DNA of 64,000 nucleotides from a bacterium. GTDB taxonomy: Bacteria > RBG-13-61-14 > DATKZS01. Positions within the stretch are counted from its first letter, which is position 1. Each line of letters starts with the position of its first letter. The stretch covers positions 352,001-416,000 of the forward strand of contig CAXXFL010000007.1 of NCBI GenBank assembly GCA_963674965.2. Reading direction: 5' to 3'. The notes under the pieces were generated by a model. The model was not told where the DNA came from. It worked only from the letters and a program-made list of their open reading frames with translations, and searched no databases. Shown here one piece after another: positions 37,677 to 46,502 of this stretch. Made by a program: the position numbers and the translations under genes.

Positions 37677-38417
37677 TCAGTACCTGAGATTCATCCCGCT
37701 CTCCTTTGCCTTCCATTTGCCCTCTTCCTTGACAAGGAGCGCAAAACCACTATGCCCGCACAATTCGCCGCAAACCGCGCCGCCATGGAGCAAGGCGGAT
37801 TTTTTATCTTTGCTTAGCCCAACGCGGGTAAAGTACCAAATCCGGTCAGCACCCGGATAATCCTCACGAAAACTTCGCCATCCTTCCATTCCGCTTGAAA
37901 AATATCTATCTCTTTCAAACTCTCCCATGACGTGGTAGTCAAAGGATAAATCGAAATGACGGCCCAGGGCGTAGCCTTGACGGTTCTTTTCCTCATAGTC
38001 TGAAAGAATCTCGGGCGTGAGGCTGGGCATCTCCTCGAACAATCGTTTTTTTAGTTCCTCCGAGGTCGGCTCCGGGTCCCCCTTGCCCGTGTTGCCTCCT
38101 ATAATGATCATTGCCCGCTGACTTTCGGGCGTGGATGAATTAAGCAAATCGGAGATCACGGCGTAGTCCACGGAGCCCGGCGGGAGAAGAGGATACTTAT
38201 CCACGTCGGAAAGACAAAGGAGTTCCAGTTCTCCTTTGCCTTCTTCATCCTGACTGGTCCCGTCGTCGAGCTTCCTGGCCACGATGCAGTCGGACGCGCC
38301 CGAATCATCCCGGGGGCCTTTCGATAAATGACGTCGGACGGCCGCCAAGCCGCCAAGTATGAAAGCCGCGGCAAGGAATATCGAAAGTAACCCGCTCCTC
38401 TTTGATCGCCTAATCAT
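37677..38417 (-). CDS. Hypothetical membrane-anchored protein
   Basis: N-terminal TM helix; C-terminal TRVGLSKD..ALL....CGELCG.SG..LL.K..G.W pattern; start and SD uncertain. Confidence 0.6.
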   Translation of the reverse strand: MIRRSKRSGLLSIFLAAAFILGGLAAVRRHLSKGPRDDSGASDCIVARKLDDGTSQDEEGKGELELLCLSDVDKYPLLPPGSVDYAVISDLLNSSTPESQRAMIIIGGNTGKGDPEPTSEELKKRLFEEMPSLTPEILSDYEEKNRQGYALGRHFDLSFDYHVMGEFERDRYFSSGMEGWRSFREDYPGADRIWYFTRVGLSKDKKSALLHGGAVCGELCGHSGFALLVKEEGKWKAKESGMNLRY

Positions 38418-38837
38418 TTTCTATCAAAATGGAAATATCAGTCCCAAGTTTGTAAATGGCACGGTCGCTCATCTGGATTCATCCCGACTCGCGCTTTGGC
38501 GCCTCGCGTCGCCTTCTCGAGACTTGAGCGTCGCTTCCCAGCCTGGCGGATGAATAATATCACGTTCCTCGCGCGGCGTTCAAGCCGCTTAAAAGAATCC
38601 CTCGCGGGTTATCGGATATGGCTGGATTTACCATTTGGCCGCGGGTGATAAATCGCGCTTTGTCAGTTCGACGTTTGAAATGCCTGTCGCGCTTGGATAT
38701 GCGCGCCTCACTTCCCATCGCTTTCTTCAGGCTTCACGTCGCCGTGACGCCCTCGCGATTCTGATTGTCTTCCCCCTGGCCGGGGCGACGCTTGCTTCTT
38801 CCAGCAAGCCGGGTTTGCCCGCTTCGCCGGGCTGACG

Positions 38838-38865
38838 AAAATGGGCGGACGTTTCCGTCCGCCCA
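38838..38865 (-). terminator. Intrinsic terminator of the lipoprotein gene
   Basis: 10-bp perfect stem TGGGCGGACG, GAAA loop, then TTTT on the minus strand. Confidence 0.75.
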
Positions 38866-38885
38866 AGTTTGGCAGTCGCCTATTT

Positions 38886-39983
38886 TCAGGGCGCGGTTTC
38901 AGTATAAAAGCATTGATAGAGTAAATCTATCCCCACGTCATCTCCTCCTATGAGATCTGACATGTCTCCATCGTCCATGTAAGCCCCCTGATCGATCGGG
39001 TTCCCGCTTAAATCCTGAGAAAGAGCGACGTCAGGCGGAATAAGGCCAAAATTGTCTTCATCGATGGTCAAATCGTCTCCGTTTTTATCGAAAATGACGA
39101 GTTGATATTGAGAGTTATAATCCAGTTCTATATTAGTCAGGGAAAAGTCCGTTCCGAGCGAGAAAGTGTAAGTATAATTCCCGCTTGACTCGGAAACGGC
39201 GCTGTTGGTAAGAGGAATTGGCGTCGAGTTCGTCACGTCCCATAACAAGGCGTATAACACGCCCATCTTTTCGTTGAAAGTAACCTGTGGCGAAAAAGTC
39301 GTGCTCACTCGATAAGCCACGTCCGGATCGCAGGTAAAGTTCAAACCGGTAATTTCCGGTTCGGCGTCATCGCTATTGTCTCCCGCCCTGAAGTGAAACT
39401 GCTTTTCATCGCTCATATACCAGTTGTTTGCTCCGCCGTTTACTCTCCAGATCGAGTGGCCATATTCATCCGTGGGATGGACGAAGGCGGTGTAGATCGT
39501 CTGGTCATATCCGGTCGTGTTTTCAATGTCCTCCACGCTGATGCAAAGCTGAGGCGTTTTTGTATTGTAGTATACCCATGACATATAGGCCATTGAATAA
39601 TCGACCGCGGGCTTAAACGTGACGTATTCGTTGTCCGCTATGGCGTCGAGAGCGTCGGCGGCTTCCGTGCCATCCGTTACGTTCAGCCAGTCCGATCCGT
39701 CCCATACCAGAAGATCACGATCGCCCGTGCCCCCGATATCCAGATTAAGGCAAAACAGGTCCTCAGGTTTCTGAGCGCCCTGGTTCATTATGCCGTTAAT
39801 CATGTACTTGCTGGTGAAGTCCCCGTGAGATCCTGAAATATACTGGGGCCCAGGCCCTACTTCCAAGGGCGACTCGGCCGACGTGCTCACGAAAAACGCC
39901 GGCGTACAAGCGAACGCCGCGATTCCCACCAGAATCGTTAGAGCTATAAAATTGACGTACTTAGTGACTTTTTGTTTCTTCAT
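38886..39983 (-). CDS. Putative acidic lipoprotein with C-terminal SbsA/Big_5 Ig-like domain
   Basis: Start re-set to ATG 39983 (SD AAGGGG); lipobox AFAC; PQVTFNEKM...LDYNSQYQLVI...DLSGNPI...FYTE; visibly lower GC than neighbours. Confidence 0.65.
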   Translation of the reverse strand: MKKQKVTKYVNFIALTILVGIAAFACTPAFFVSTSAESPLEVGPGPQYISGSHGDFTSKYMINGIMNQGAQKPEDLFCLNLDIGGTGDRDLLVWDGSDWLNVTDGTEAADALDAIADNEYVTFKPAVDYSMAYMSWVYYNTKTPQLCISVEDIENTTGYDQTIYTAFVHPTDEYGHSIWRVNGGANNWYMSDEKQFHFRAGDNSDDAEPEITGLNFTCDPDVAYRVSTTFSPQVTFNEKMGVLYALLWDVTNSTPIPLTNSAVSESSGNYTYTFSLGTDFSLTNIELDYNSQYQLVIFDKNGDDLTIDEDNFGLIPPDVALSQDLSGNPIDQGAYMDDGDMSDLIGGDDVGIDLLYQCFYTETAP

Positions 39984-40024
39984 CGAAAAATCCCCTTTCT
40001 TCAAGAGTGTTATGAAATCGCTCC

Positions 40025-40037
40025 TAAGCCTTTGATA
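40025..40037 (-). promoter_or_regulatory. Candidate IHF site
   Basis: TATCAAAGGCTTA matches WATCAANNNNTTR. Confidence 0.35.
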
Positions 40038-40194
40038 ATTTATTGGCCAACATGGTTGACGCCACTCTTTGCGCGCGCACCTTCTCCACTCCAGACTGAA
40101 AGCCCGGAGAAATTTGATAAATGATTGCCGTGTCAGTACTACCTTAATCTCAAGCGCTTTATAGAATCCGCGGCGGATACCCCCAGAAAGCATT

Positions 40195-40800
40195 GTAGTG
40201 ATTAATGAGCGCTATTAGTAAATTTTATTATAATGAATGTTATTATATTATATTTTACTGATTCTTATGTTTTATATATCTCATTTCGATAATGTTGTCA
40301 AGGATATTTTTTATAGTTATTAATTAAATTTGTTATGATTATCATTATTAATCATATAGATCAATTTCAAACCACTTGGTCAAGCCCCTGACAGGAGGCC
40401 AAGCAAGACGCAAGACGGCCGGTAATACTATGATATCATACATTTTATTATTTTATTGAGCGCGCTTTTCCTCGCGCGAGCGCATGGATTCGATATTATA
40501 AATAATATAATCATATCATTTCTTTACAATTTTCGATCCTTGCCTTTAGCTCTCCACAAATCCCTCTATCCATTTCAAGCATTTCAATATAACTACCATT
40601 AATAGATAGTGATTTCATTACTCCGAACAAACTCTTCGCGTTAAGATAAAAATACATTTGTTTTACTATTATCCTGACCGTCTTCTCATGCGCCATAGAC
40701 TTAAAAAGCGAATGTCAACGATCATTTCCTTTACTAATCGCGTTATTTATCCAAAATTTCTAAAATACAATATATCAAAACTAAAACATGGATACTCTCC
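40195..40800. other. Very AT-rich non-coding segment
   Basis: Long A/T tracts in an otherwise GC-rich window. Confidence 0.85.
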
Positions 40801-40917
40801 GCCCTTACGGCCTTTTATCAACGCGTTTTAAAAGTCGACCCAATTAAAAAGGCCCAGCCGGACTTTTGCGCTTGTCAGGCGTTATTGTACGGGTTAATCT
40901 TTATCAGGAGACACATT

Positions 40918-42339
40918 ATGCTTGACAAGGACATGTTTCCCATAATCCTGGACAGCGTGGCGGAGGGCGTATTCACGGTGGACCTTGATTTCATCGTGAC
41001 TTACTTCAACCGGGCGGCCGAGCGCATAACCGGCTTCACGTCCGAGGAGGCCGTTGGTCAGAGCTGCCACAACGTTTTCCGGGGCTCGGTCTGCCAGGGC
41101 GGCTGCGTCCTGAGGCGGACCCTTTCCACGGGGGAGACCATCAAGGGCATGGAGATCACCATCCTTAACCGGGAGAACAAGGAGATACCCATCAGCGTCT
41201 CGACCGCCCTTCTTCGCGACCGCCTTGGCCGGGTGGTCGGGGGCGTCGAGACCTTCCGGGACCTGTCGGACCTGGCGGCCCTTCGCGCCGAGGTGGGCCG
41301 GTCCTATCGCCTGGGTGACATGGTCAGCAAGAACCACCGGGTGCAGGAGATATTCGCCCTGGCCCCGGACGTGGCCGAGAGTTCGGCCTCGGTCATGCTG
41401 CTGGGCGAGACGGGCTCGGGCAAGGAGGTCCTGGCCAGGGCCCTCCACGGCGAGGGCCCCAGGGCGGACAAGGCATTCGTGCCCGTGAACTGCGCGGCCC
41501 TTCCCGACGCCCTGCTCGAGGCCGAGCTTTTCGGCCACGCCGCGGGGGCCTTCACGGACGCTCGCCGGGCCAGGAAGGGCAGGTTCGCCGCGGCCCACGG
41601 CGGGACCCTATTCCTGGACGAGGTGGGCGACCTCTCGCCCGCCATGCAGGTCAAGCTCCTCCGCGTCCTGGAGGACAAGGCGGTCGAGCCGCTGGGATCG
41701 AACGAGCCGGAGCCGGCCGACGCCCGGATAATTTCGGCCACCCATCGGGACCCTCGCGAGCTTATGCGGCTCGGCCTTTTCAGGGAGGACCTCTTTTATC
41801 GGCTGAACACGGTGGTAATCGAAATCCCTCCCCTCCGGAAGAGGAGGGAGGACGTGCCGCTGCTGGTCGAGCGCTTTATCGAGCTTTTCAACTCGAGGAC
41901 CGGCAAGACCATCGCGACCGCTTCCCCCGAGGCCATGGAGATACTTCTTCGCTACGCCTGGCCCGGCAACGTAAGGGAACTCAAGCACGCCATCGAGCAC
42001 GCCTTCGTGCTCGCGAAGGGACAGACCATCGAGGCGTCCAATTTGCCCCGCGAGGTCGTGGCCGGAGACGCGACCCCCGACTTTTGCCGGCCGGCCGCGG
42101 TGGATAAAGAAGAGCCAGTCCGGGAATTCGCGCGGCCGACAACTTCCGTTCAAAAGAATAACGCGCCCCCTGGCCTGTCGGCCCTCGAGCTTGCCGAGCG
42201 TCCGGTCGTTTTAGCGGCCCTTGAAAGGAACCACTGGAAGCGGGACGCGGCGGCAAAAGAGCTTGGTCTTTCCCGGGCCACTCTCTGGCGGAAGATGAAG
42301 AGGCTCGGGATCGACGACCCGAGGAGAAAAGAGAAATAG
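40918..42339 (+). CDS. PAS-AAA-Fis sigma54 activator, OrpR-like
   Basis: ATG 40918 with SD AGGAG; PAS with [14 protein letters not shown] (C-x8-C-x3-C); [25 protein letters not shown]. Confidence 0.85.
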   Translation: MLDKDMFPIILDSVAEGVFTVDLDFIVTYFNRAAERITGFTSEEAVGQSCHNVFRGSVCQGGCVLRRTLSTGETIKGMEITILNRENKEIPISVSTALLRDRLGRVVGGVETFRDLSDLAALRAEVGRSYRLGDMVSKNHRVQEIFALAPDVAESSASVMLLGETGSGKEVLARALHGEGPRADKAFVPVNCAALPDALLEAELFGHAAGAFTDARRARKGRFAAAHGGTLFLDEVGDLSPAMQVKLLRVLEDKAVEPLGSNEPEPADARIISATHRDPRELMRLGLFREDLFYRLNTVVIEIPPLRKRREDVPLLVERFIELFNSRTGKTIATASPEAMEILLRYAWPGNVRELKHAIEHAFVLAKGQTIEASNLPREVVAGDATPDFCRPAAVDKEEPVREFARPTTSVQKNNAPPGLSALELAERPVVLAALERNHWKRDAAAKELGLSRATLWRKMKRLGIDDPRRKEK

Positions 42340-42365
42340 AAAGACGCCCGGGGCCGCCGGGCGCC
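42334..42365 (-). terminator. Terminator of the oxidoreductase operon
   Basis: Minus strand GGCGCCCGG/CCGGGCGTC stem then TTTCTATTT. Confidence 0.55.
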
Positions 42366-42383
42366 ATGATAAGTCTTAATCCG

Positions 42384-43727
42384 TTATTTTTGCGCCCGGG
42401 CTTTTTTCCTTAGTTTTCGCATGATCATGAATTCCTTGACCACTCTTGGAAAGTTGACGTGGTTTTCGGTGGGCGCGATCTTGTGGCCCGAGATGATCTT
42501 GCCCGCCCGCCACAGGTTGTGCCCGGCGTAGCCCCGCATGACGTCGGTCAGCGCCATGTCCACCTCCACGGGTCCGAGAAGCCGCTGGAGCACCAGTCCC
42601 ACGTCCAGGGGCCGGGGCATGCAGCCGGGAACGAACGTTCCCCTGTTCTTGTAGGGCTCGGCGCAGTCGCCCAGCACGATGGTGATCTCGGGGTCCAGGT
42701 CGTCGGGCACGTGCCCGATGGGTTTTCCCACGATGAGGTTCATGGGCTGAAGGTTATCGGCCCCGTAGCGGTCAACGTAGGCGTCGACGGCCCCCTGCAC
42801 CAGCCCGGCGCAGCCCCAGGGGCAGCAGAACTCGGCCCCCTCGAATACGCGCAGCCTGGGACTGAGGTCCTTTAAGGAAACCACGGGCCGCTTGAAGGGC
42901 CGGGCCCGGCCGAGCAACTCGGCCCCGTCGATATCGATGCCCTCCATCTCGCCCGGGCCGTACCCGGCCTCGATGAGCAGCTTAAGGTGCTCGACCTCGT
43001 GGGGCTCGTAGCCGGTAAGGTGGCAGGCCACGCGGTCCACGGCCACGGCGTTGGTCCCGCCCAGAATCAGTCCCAGGTCGACGGGGTCGGCCATGAGCGG
43101 TCCCTGTCCCTCTCCCGCCACCACGCAGTCGGAGATTACCAGGTCCGGCGGCCTGACCTTGTAAAGGTCGGCCAGCTTCTTGTGCAGGTTGTGGTTGTGA
43201 TGGAGGAGCCGGTCTCGCTGGCGGAGCATGCCCAGGTTGTTCTTGACGCTGAGGGTGACCTCGGCGAACATGTTGGTCTTTATCTTGGGCAGGCTGACGT
43301 AAAGGTCGGCGTCAAGCCACAGCCTCGGCACGGGGAACCTGGCCTGGATGAACGGGTCCTTGACCTCGACCTCGACGGTCTCGCGCTCGTCGAGGAAAAC
43401 CGGCTCGGCCAGTCCCTTGAGCATGCCCATGATGCCCACCGAGTAAAAGGACACCCGGCTGGGCCCGATCACGCTCGACTCGCACATGAGCACGCGCCTG
43501 GCCCCCAGCTCGCGCAGGGCCATGCACACGCCCACGGCGAAGCGGGGCTGGGTGATGATGCCCCTCACGATCTCGCTCCGGGATGGATAGACGAAGCTGG
43601 GCTTGACCAGCACCGTCTTGCCGCCCGGGTCGACGCCCGAGGCCTTGAAAATCTCCAAGGCGGTCGAGGCGATCTCCTTCTCGTCGTAGTCCTTTTGGTC
43701 CCTTAGAAAAACCCTGGGCTTATCCAT
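42384..43727 (-). CDS. DUF362 domain protein (putative Fe-S protein)
   Basis: Start ATG 43727 with SD GGAGG; VLVKP, SLPKIKT, TLSVKN, GEGQGP, AVAVD; C-terminal CCPWGC...GDC...PGCMP. Confidence 0.85.
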   Translation of the reverse strand: MDKPRVFLRDQKDYDEKEIASTALEIFKASGVDPGGKTVLVKPSFVYPSRSEIVRGIITQPRFAVGVCMALRELGARRVLMCESSVIGPSRVSFYSVGIMGMLKGLAEPVFLDERETVEVEVKDPFIQARFPVPRLWLDADLYVSLPKIKTNMFAEVTLSVKNNLGMLRQRDRLLHHNHNLHKKLADLYKVRPPDLVISDCVVAGEGQGPLMADPVDLGLILGGTNAVAVDRVACHLTGYEPHEVEHLKLLIEAGYGPGEMEGIDIDGAELLGRARPFKRPVVSLKDLSPRLRVFEGAEFCCPWGCAGLVQGAVDAYVDRYGADNLQPMNLIVGKPIGHVPDDLDPEITIVLGDCAEPYKNRGTFVPGCMPRPLDVGLVLQRLLGPVEVDMALTDVMRGYAGHNLWRAGKIISGHKIAPTENHVNFPRVVKEFMIMRKLRKKARAQK

Positions 43728-43818
43728 CCTGACCTCCACGCGCCCCTCCCGGGGGTCATGAAGCCTTAGTGGGGGCGCCTCGAACGAGCGGCGCCGGTTA
43801 TGTATTTTCGCTTGGAGG

Positions 43819-44373
43819 TCAGACCATGCCGTTATTGACGGCGTAGGCCTTGCCCTTCTCGAAGGCCTCCTTGGCCACGGCGAAGCGGTCCTCCCCCGAG
43901 TCCTTCTCCATGGCCTTGAACACCAGCTCCTCCGTGAGCACGCCGGAAATTTCACGGTAGGCCCCCAGCATGATCATGTTGGCCATCTGGGGTTTTCCCA
44001 TCTCCTGGGCCAGGTCCGTTACCGGTATCCGTAAGGTCTTGTACTCGTCGGTCTCGGTCAGCTTGGTCACTATCGAGGAGTTGACCAGCAGCCGTCCCCC
44101 CGGGTTGACCTCCTTTTTCAGGCGGTTGTAGGCCCCCGACTCCATGGCGATGGCGTTGTCCGAGCTCGAGAGGATGGGAGCCGGTATCTCCTCGTCGGAG
44201 AAGATGACCGTGGCCAGGGCCGGTCCTCCCCTCTGGGTGGCCATGTAAATGGGGAAACGGGTGACGTACTTGTATTTCTCCGAGGCCGCCGCGGCGATGG
44301 CGTAGGCGATGGTAATGACGCCCTGCCCTCCGGTGCCCCCGACAATCAACTCGTGTCTTTTTTCTTCGCTCAT
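43819..44373 (-). CDS. 2-oxoacid:ferredoxin oxidoreductase gamma subunit
   Basis: GGTGGQGV, QRGG, NMIMLGA. Confidence 0.9.
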   Translation of the reverse strand: MSEEKRHELIVGGTGGQGVITIAYAIAAAASEKYKYVTRFPIYMATQRGGPALATVIFSDEEIPAPILSSSDNAIAMESGAYNRLKKEVNPGGRLLVNSSIVTKLTETDEYKTLRIPVTDLAQEMGKPQMANMIMLGAYREISGVLTEELVFKAMEKDSGEDRFAVAKEAFEKGKAYAVNNGMV

Positions 44374-44391
44374 GATCGCGTCTCCAGTCCG

Positions 44392-45153
44392 TCACGCTGG
44401 ACGGTCGGTATTTTTGAACTCGCCGAGGGGGAACTCCCCGATCAGCTTGTCGACCAGGGCCAGGCTGTCCTTGGGCTTGACGTGGTGCCCGGGCGGACAG
44501 GCCGAGAGTATCTCGACGAAGGAGTAGCCGGCGTTTTCCTTGTTCTTCAGGATGGCCGTTACCAGGGCCTTCCTGGTCTGGTTGTAACGCTTGTGAGTGT
44601 TGACCGCGCCGCGGAAGGAATAGACCACTCCCTTGACGTTGGTCATGAGCTCGGCCATGTGGATGGGAAAGCCGGCCACGTCCGTGTCCTTGCCCAGGGG
44701 CGTGGTCGGCGTGACCTGCCCGGGCAGCGACGTGGGGGCCGCCTGTCCGCCGGTGGTACCGAAGTTGGCGTTGTTGAGGAAGATGGTCATCAGCTTCTCG
44801 AAGCGGTTGGCCGCCCCCATGATCTCGCCCATGCCGATGGCCGACAGGTCCCCGTCTCCCTGCATGGTTATGACCAGCTTGTCCTTGCCGAGTGAACGCT
44901 TGACGCCGGTGGCCACCGCGGGGGCCCGGCCGTGAAGCGCCACCACTCCCTCCAGCCCCTTGATGTAGTGCATGCTCACCATCGAGCAGCCGATGCCGGT
45001 GACCAGCACCGAGTCCTGCACCACTCCCGTTTCCTCGAGGGCCTCGGCGAAGCAGCGCAGGATGGTCCCGTAATGGCAGCCGGGGCAGAAATGCGGCTGC
45101 ATCATGGCGTTGAACAGCGCCGGGTTGCCGTGTCTGACTTTTTTATCGGTCAT
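44392..45153 (-). CDS. 2-oxoacid:ferredoxin oxidoreductase beta (TPP-binding) subunit
   Basis: FCPGC, GIGC, HGRAPAVATG, GDGD, NNANFGTTGGQ, SACP; ATGA overlap with alpha. Confidence 0.92.
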   Translation of the reverse strand: MTDKKVRHGNPALFNAMMQPHFCPGCHYGTILRCFAEALEETGVVQDSVLVTGIGCSMVSMHYIKGLEGVVALHGRAPAVATGVKRSLGKDKLVITMQGDGDLSAIGMGEIMGAANRFEKLMTIFLNNANFGTTGGQAAPTSLPGQVTPTTPLGKDTDVAGFPIHMAELMTNVKGVVYSFRGAVNTHKRYNQTRKALVTAILKNKENAGYSFVEILSACPPGHHVKPKDSLALVDKLIGEFPLGEFKNTDRPA

Positions 45154-46229
45154 ATCTCGATCCTCCTCAATTCCTCGATGATCGGCTTCGGATAGAGGAG
45201 CCCCATGCCGCCGGGCTGGTCGCGCTTGTCGATGCCCAAAAAGGAAATGGGCTTTTTGCCCTCGAGCGCCCACTCGACGTCCTGGAGCATCTGTCCCTGG
45301 TTGTCCTCGACCACCAGCACGTGTTTGACGTTGGACGCGGCCTTTTGCAGGGCCTCCTTGGGGAAGGGGTAGAGAGTGATGGGACGGAAAAGTCCCACCT
45401 TCAATCCCTCGGCCCTCGCCTTGGCGATGGCCTCGAGGGACGTGCGGGCCGTCGAGCCCCACGACGCGATCAGTATGTCCGCGTCCTGGGTCATCTTCTC
45501 CTCGTAGCGTATTTCGTTTTGCTCGATCTGGTCGGTCTTCCTCTTGATGATGGGGAAATAGGAGGCGTAATTAAAGGGCATGAAGGAGTCCAGCACCAGG
45601 CGGGCGCCCTTCTTCTCGCCCGAGGTGGCGATGGCCCAGGTCTTTTTCGGCAGTTCCTCCTCGAAGTCGATGGTCTTGACGGTCATCATCTCGGCGCTTT
45701 GTCCGACGATGGCGTCGGGCAGGACCACGCAGAGTATCCTGTACTTGTCGGCCAGGTGGAAGGCCAGCTGCACCAGGTCGTGGCATTCCTGGGGGGACGA
45801 CGGGGCGAGCACGATGCTTTTGCATCCGCCGTGTCCGGCGCTTTTGACGGCGAAGTTGTAGTCCGTCTGGGCGGTGGCGATGGACCCCGACCCCGGCCCT
45901 CCCCTTTGCACGTCGACCACCACGGCGGGAAGCTGCATGGCGTGCATGCAGGAGATGCCCTCCTGCATGAGGCTGTAGCCCGGGCTCGAGGTGGTGGTTA
46001 TTCCTCTTTTGCCGGTGGCCACGAAGCCCAGCAGCATGTTAATGGAAGATATCTCGCTTTCCACCTGGACGAAGGTCCCGCCGTGCTCGGGCAGGTTCTT
46101 GGCGAACCAGGCCGGGATTTCGTTCTGCGGGGTAATGGGATACCCGCAAAAGAACTCGCACCCCGCGGCCACGGCGCCCCATCCGATGGCGTCGTTGCCG
46201 GTGCATAACATCCTTTTTTCTTCAATCAT
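45150..46229 (-). CDS. 2-oxoacid:ferredoxin oxidoreductase alpha subunit (Vor/Kor-like)
   Basis: GYPITPQ, ESEI, TTSSPGYSLMQE, QRGGPG, RPITLYPFP. Confidence 0.92.
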   Translation of the reverse strand: MIEEKRMLCTGNDAIGWGAVAAGCEFFCGYPITPQNEIPAWFAKNLPEHGGTFVQVESEISSINMLLGFVATGKRGITTTSSPGYSLMQEGISCMHAMQLPAVVVDVQRGGPGSGSIATAQTDYNFAVKSAGHGGCKSIVLAPSSPQECHDLVQLAFHLADKYRILCVVLPDAIVGQSAEMMTVKTIDFEEELPKKTWAIATSGEKKGARLVLDSFMPFNYASYFPIIKRKTDQIEQNEIRYEEKMTQDADILIASWGSTARTSLEAIAKARAEGLKVGLFRPITLYPFPKEALQKAASNVKHVLVVEDNQGQMLQDVEWALEGKKPISFLGIDKRDQPGGMGLLYPKPIIEELRRIEI

Positions 46230-46250
46230 TTTTTCCTCCAGCAACCGGCG

Positions 46251-46481
46251 TCAAGACCCGGTCTCCTCCAGCGGCTCGTAGACGGTGACGGCGAAGTCCG
46301 GACAGAGCTTCACGCAGGCCCCGCACCCGGTGCAGTCCTCCGCCTTGACCATGGCCGGGTAGTAGTAGCCGGCCTGGTTGAAGTTTGAAGAAATCTCGAG
46401 ACAATCCTTGGGGCAAGATATGACGCATATGCCGCATCCCTTGCATCTCTTGTCGTCGATGACGACCTCATATACAGCCAT
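46251..46481 (-). CDS. 2x[4Fe-4S] ferredoxin, OFOR delta subunit
   Basis: CKGCGICVISCP and CTGCGACVKLCP; SD AAGGAGG. Confidence 0.92.
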   Translation of the reverse strand: MAVYEVVIDDKRCKGCGICVISCPKDCLEISSNFNQAGYYYPAMVKAEDCTGCGACVKLCPDFAVTVYEPLEETGS

Positions 46482-46502
46482 GAGTCCTCCTTTCAATCGA
46501 AT

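Noticed and set aside
38457-38472. Sigma54 promoter (TGGCACG...)
   Set aside because: -24 element fits but -12 reads CTCA rather than TTGC, and no plus-strand gene follows
38780-38825. c-di-GMP-I riboswitch (GGGCAAACC on the minus strand)
   Set aside because: The GAAA tetraloop and GACGCAAA junction that should follow are absent
40511-40696. 61-aa ORF in the AT-rich region
   Set aside because: No SD, no motif, atypical composition; cannot be supported
40195-40800. oriC or dif site in the AT-rich region
   Set aside because: Only one imperfect DnaA-box-like 9-mer (TTATCCAAA) and no convincing XerC/XerD arms; no dnaA or parAB context
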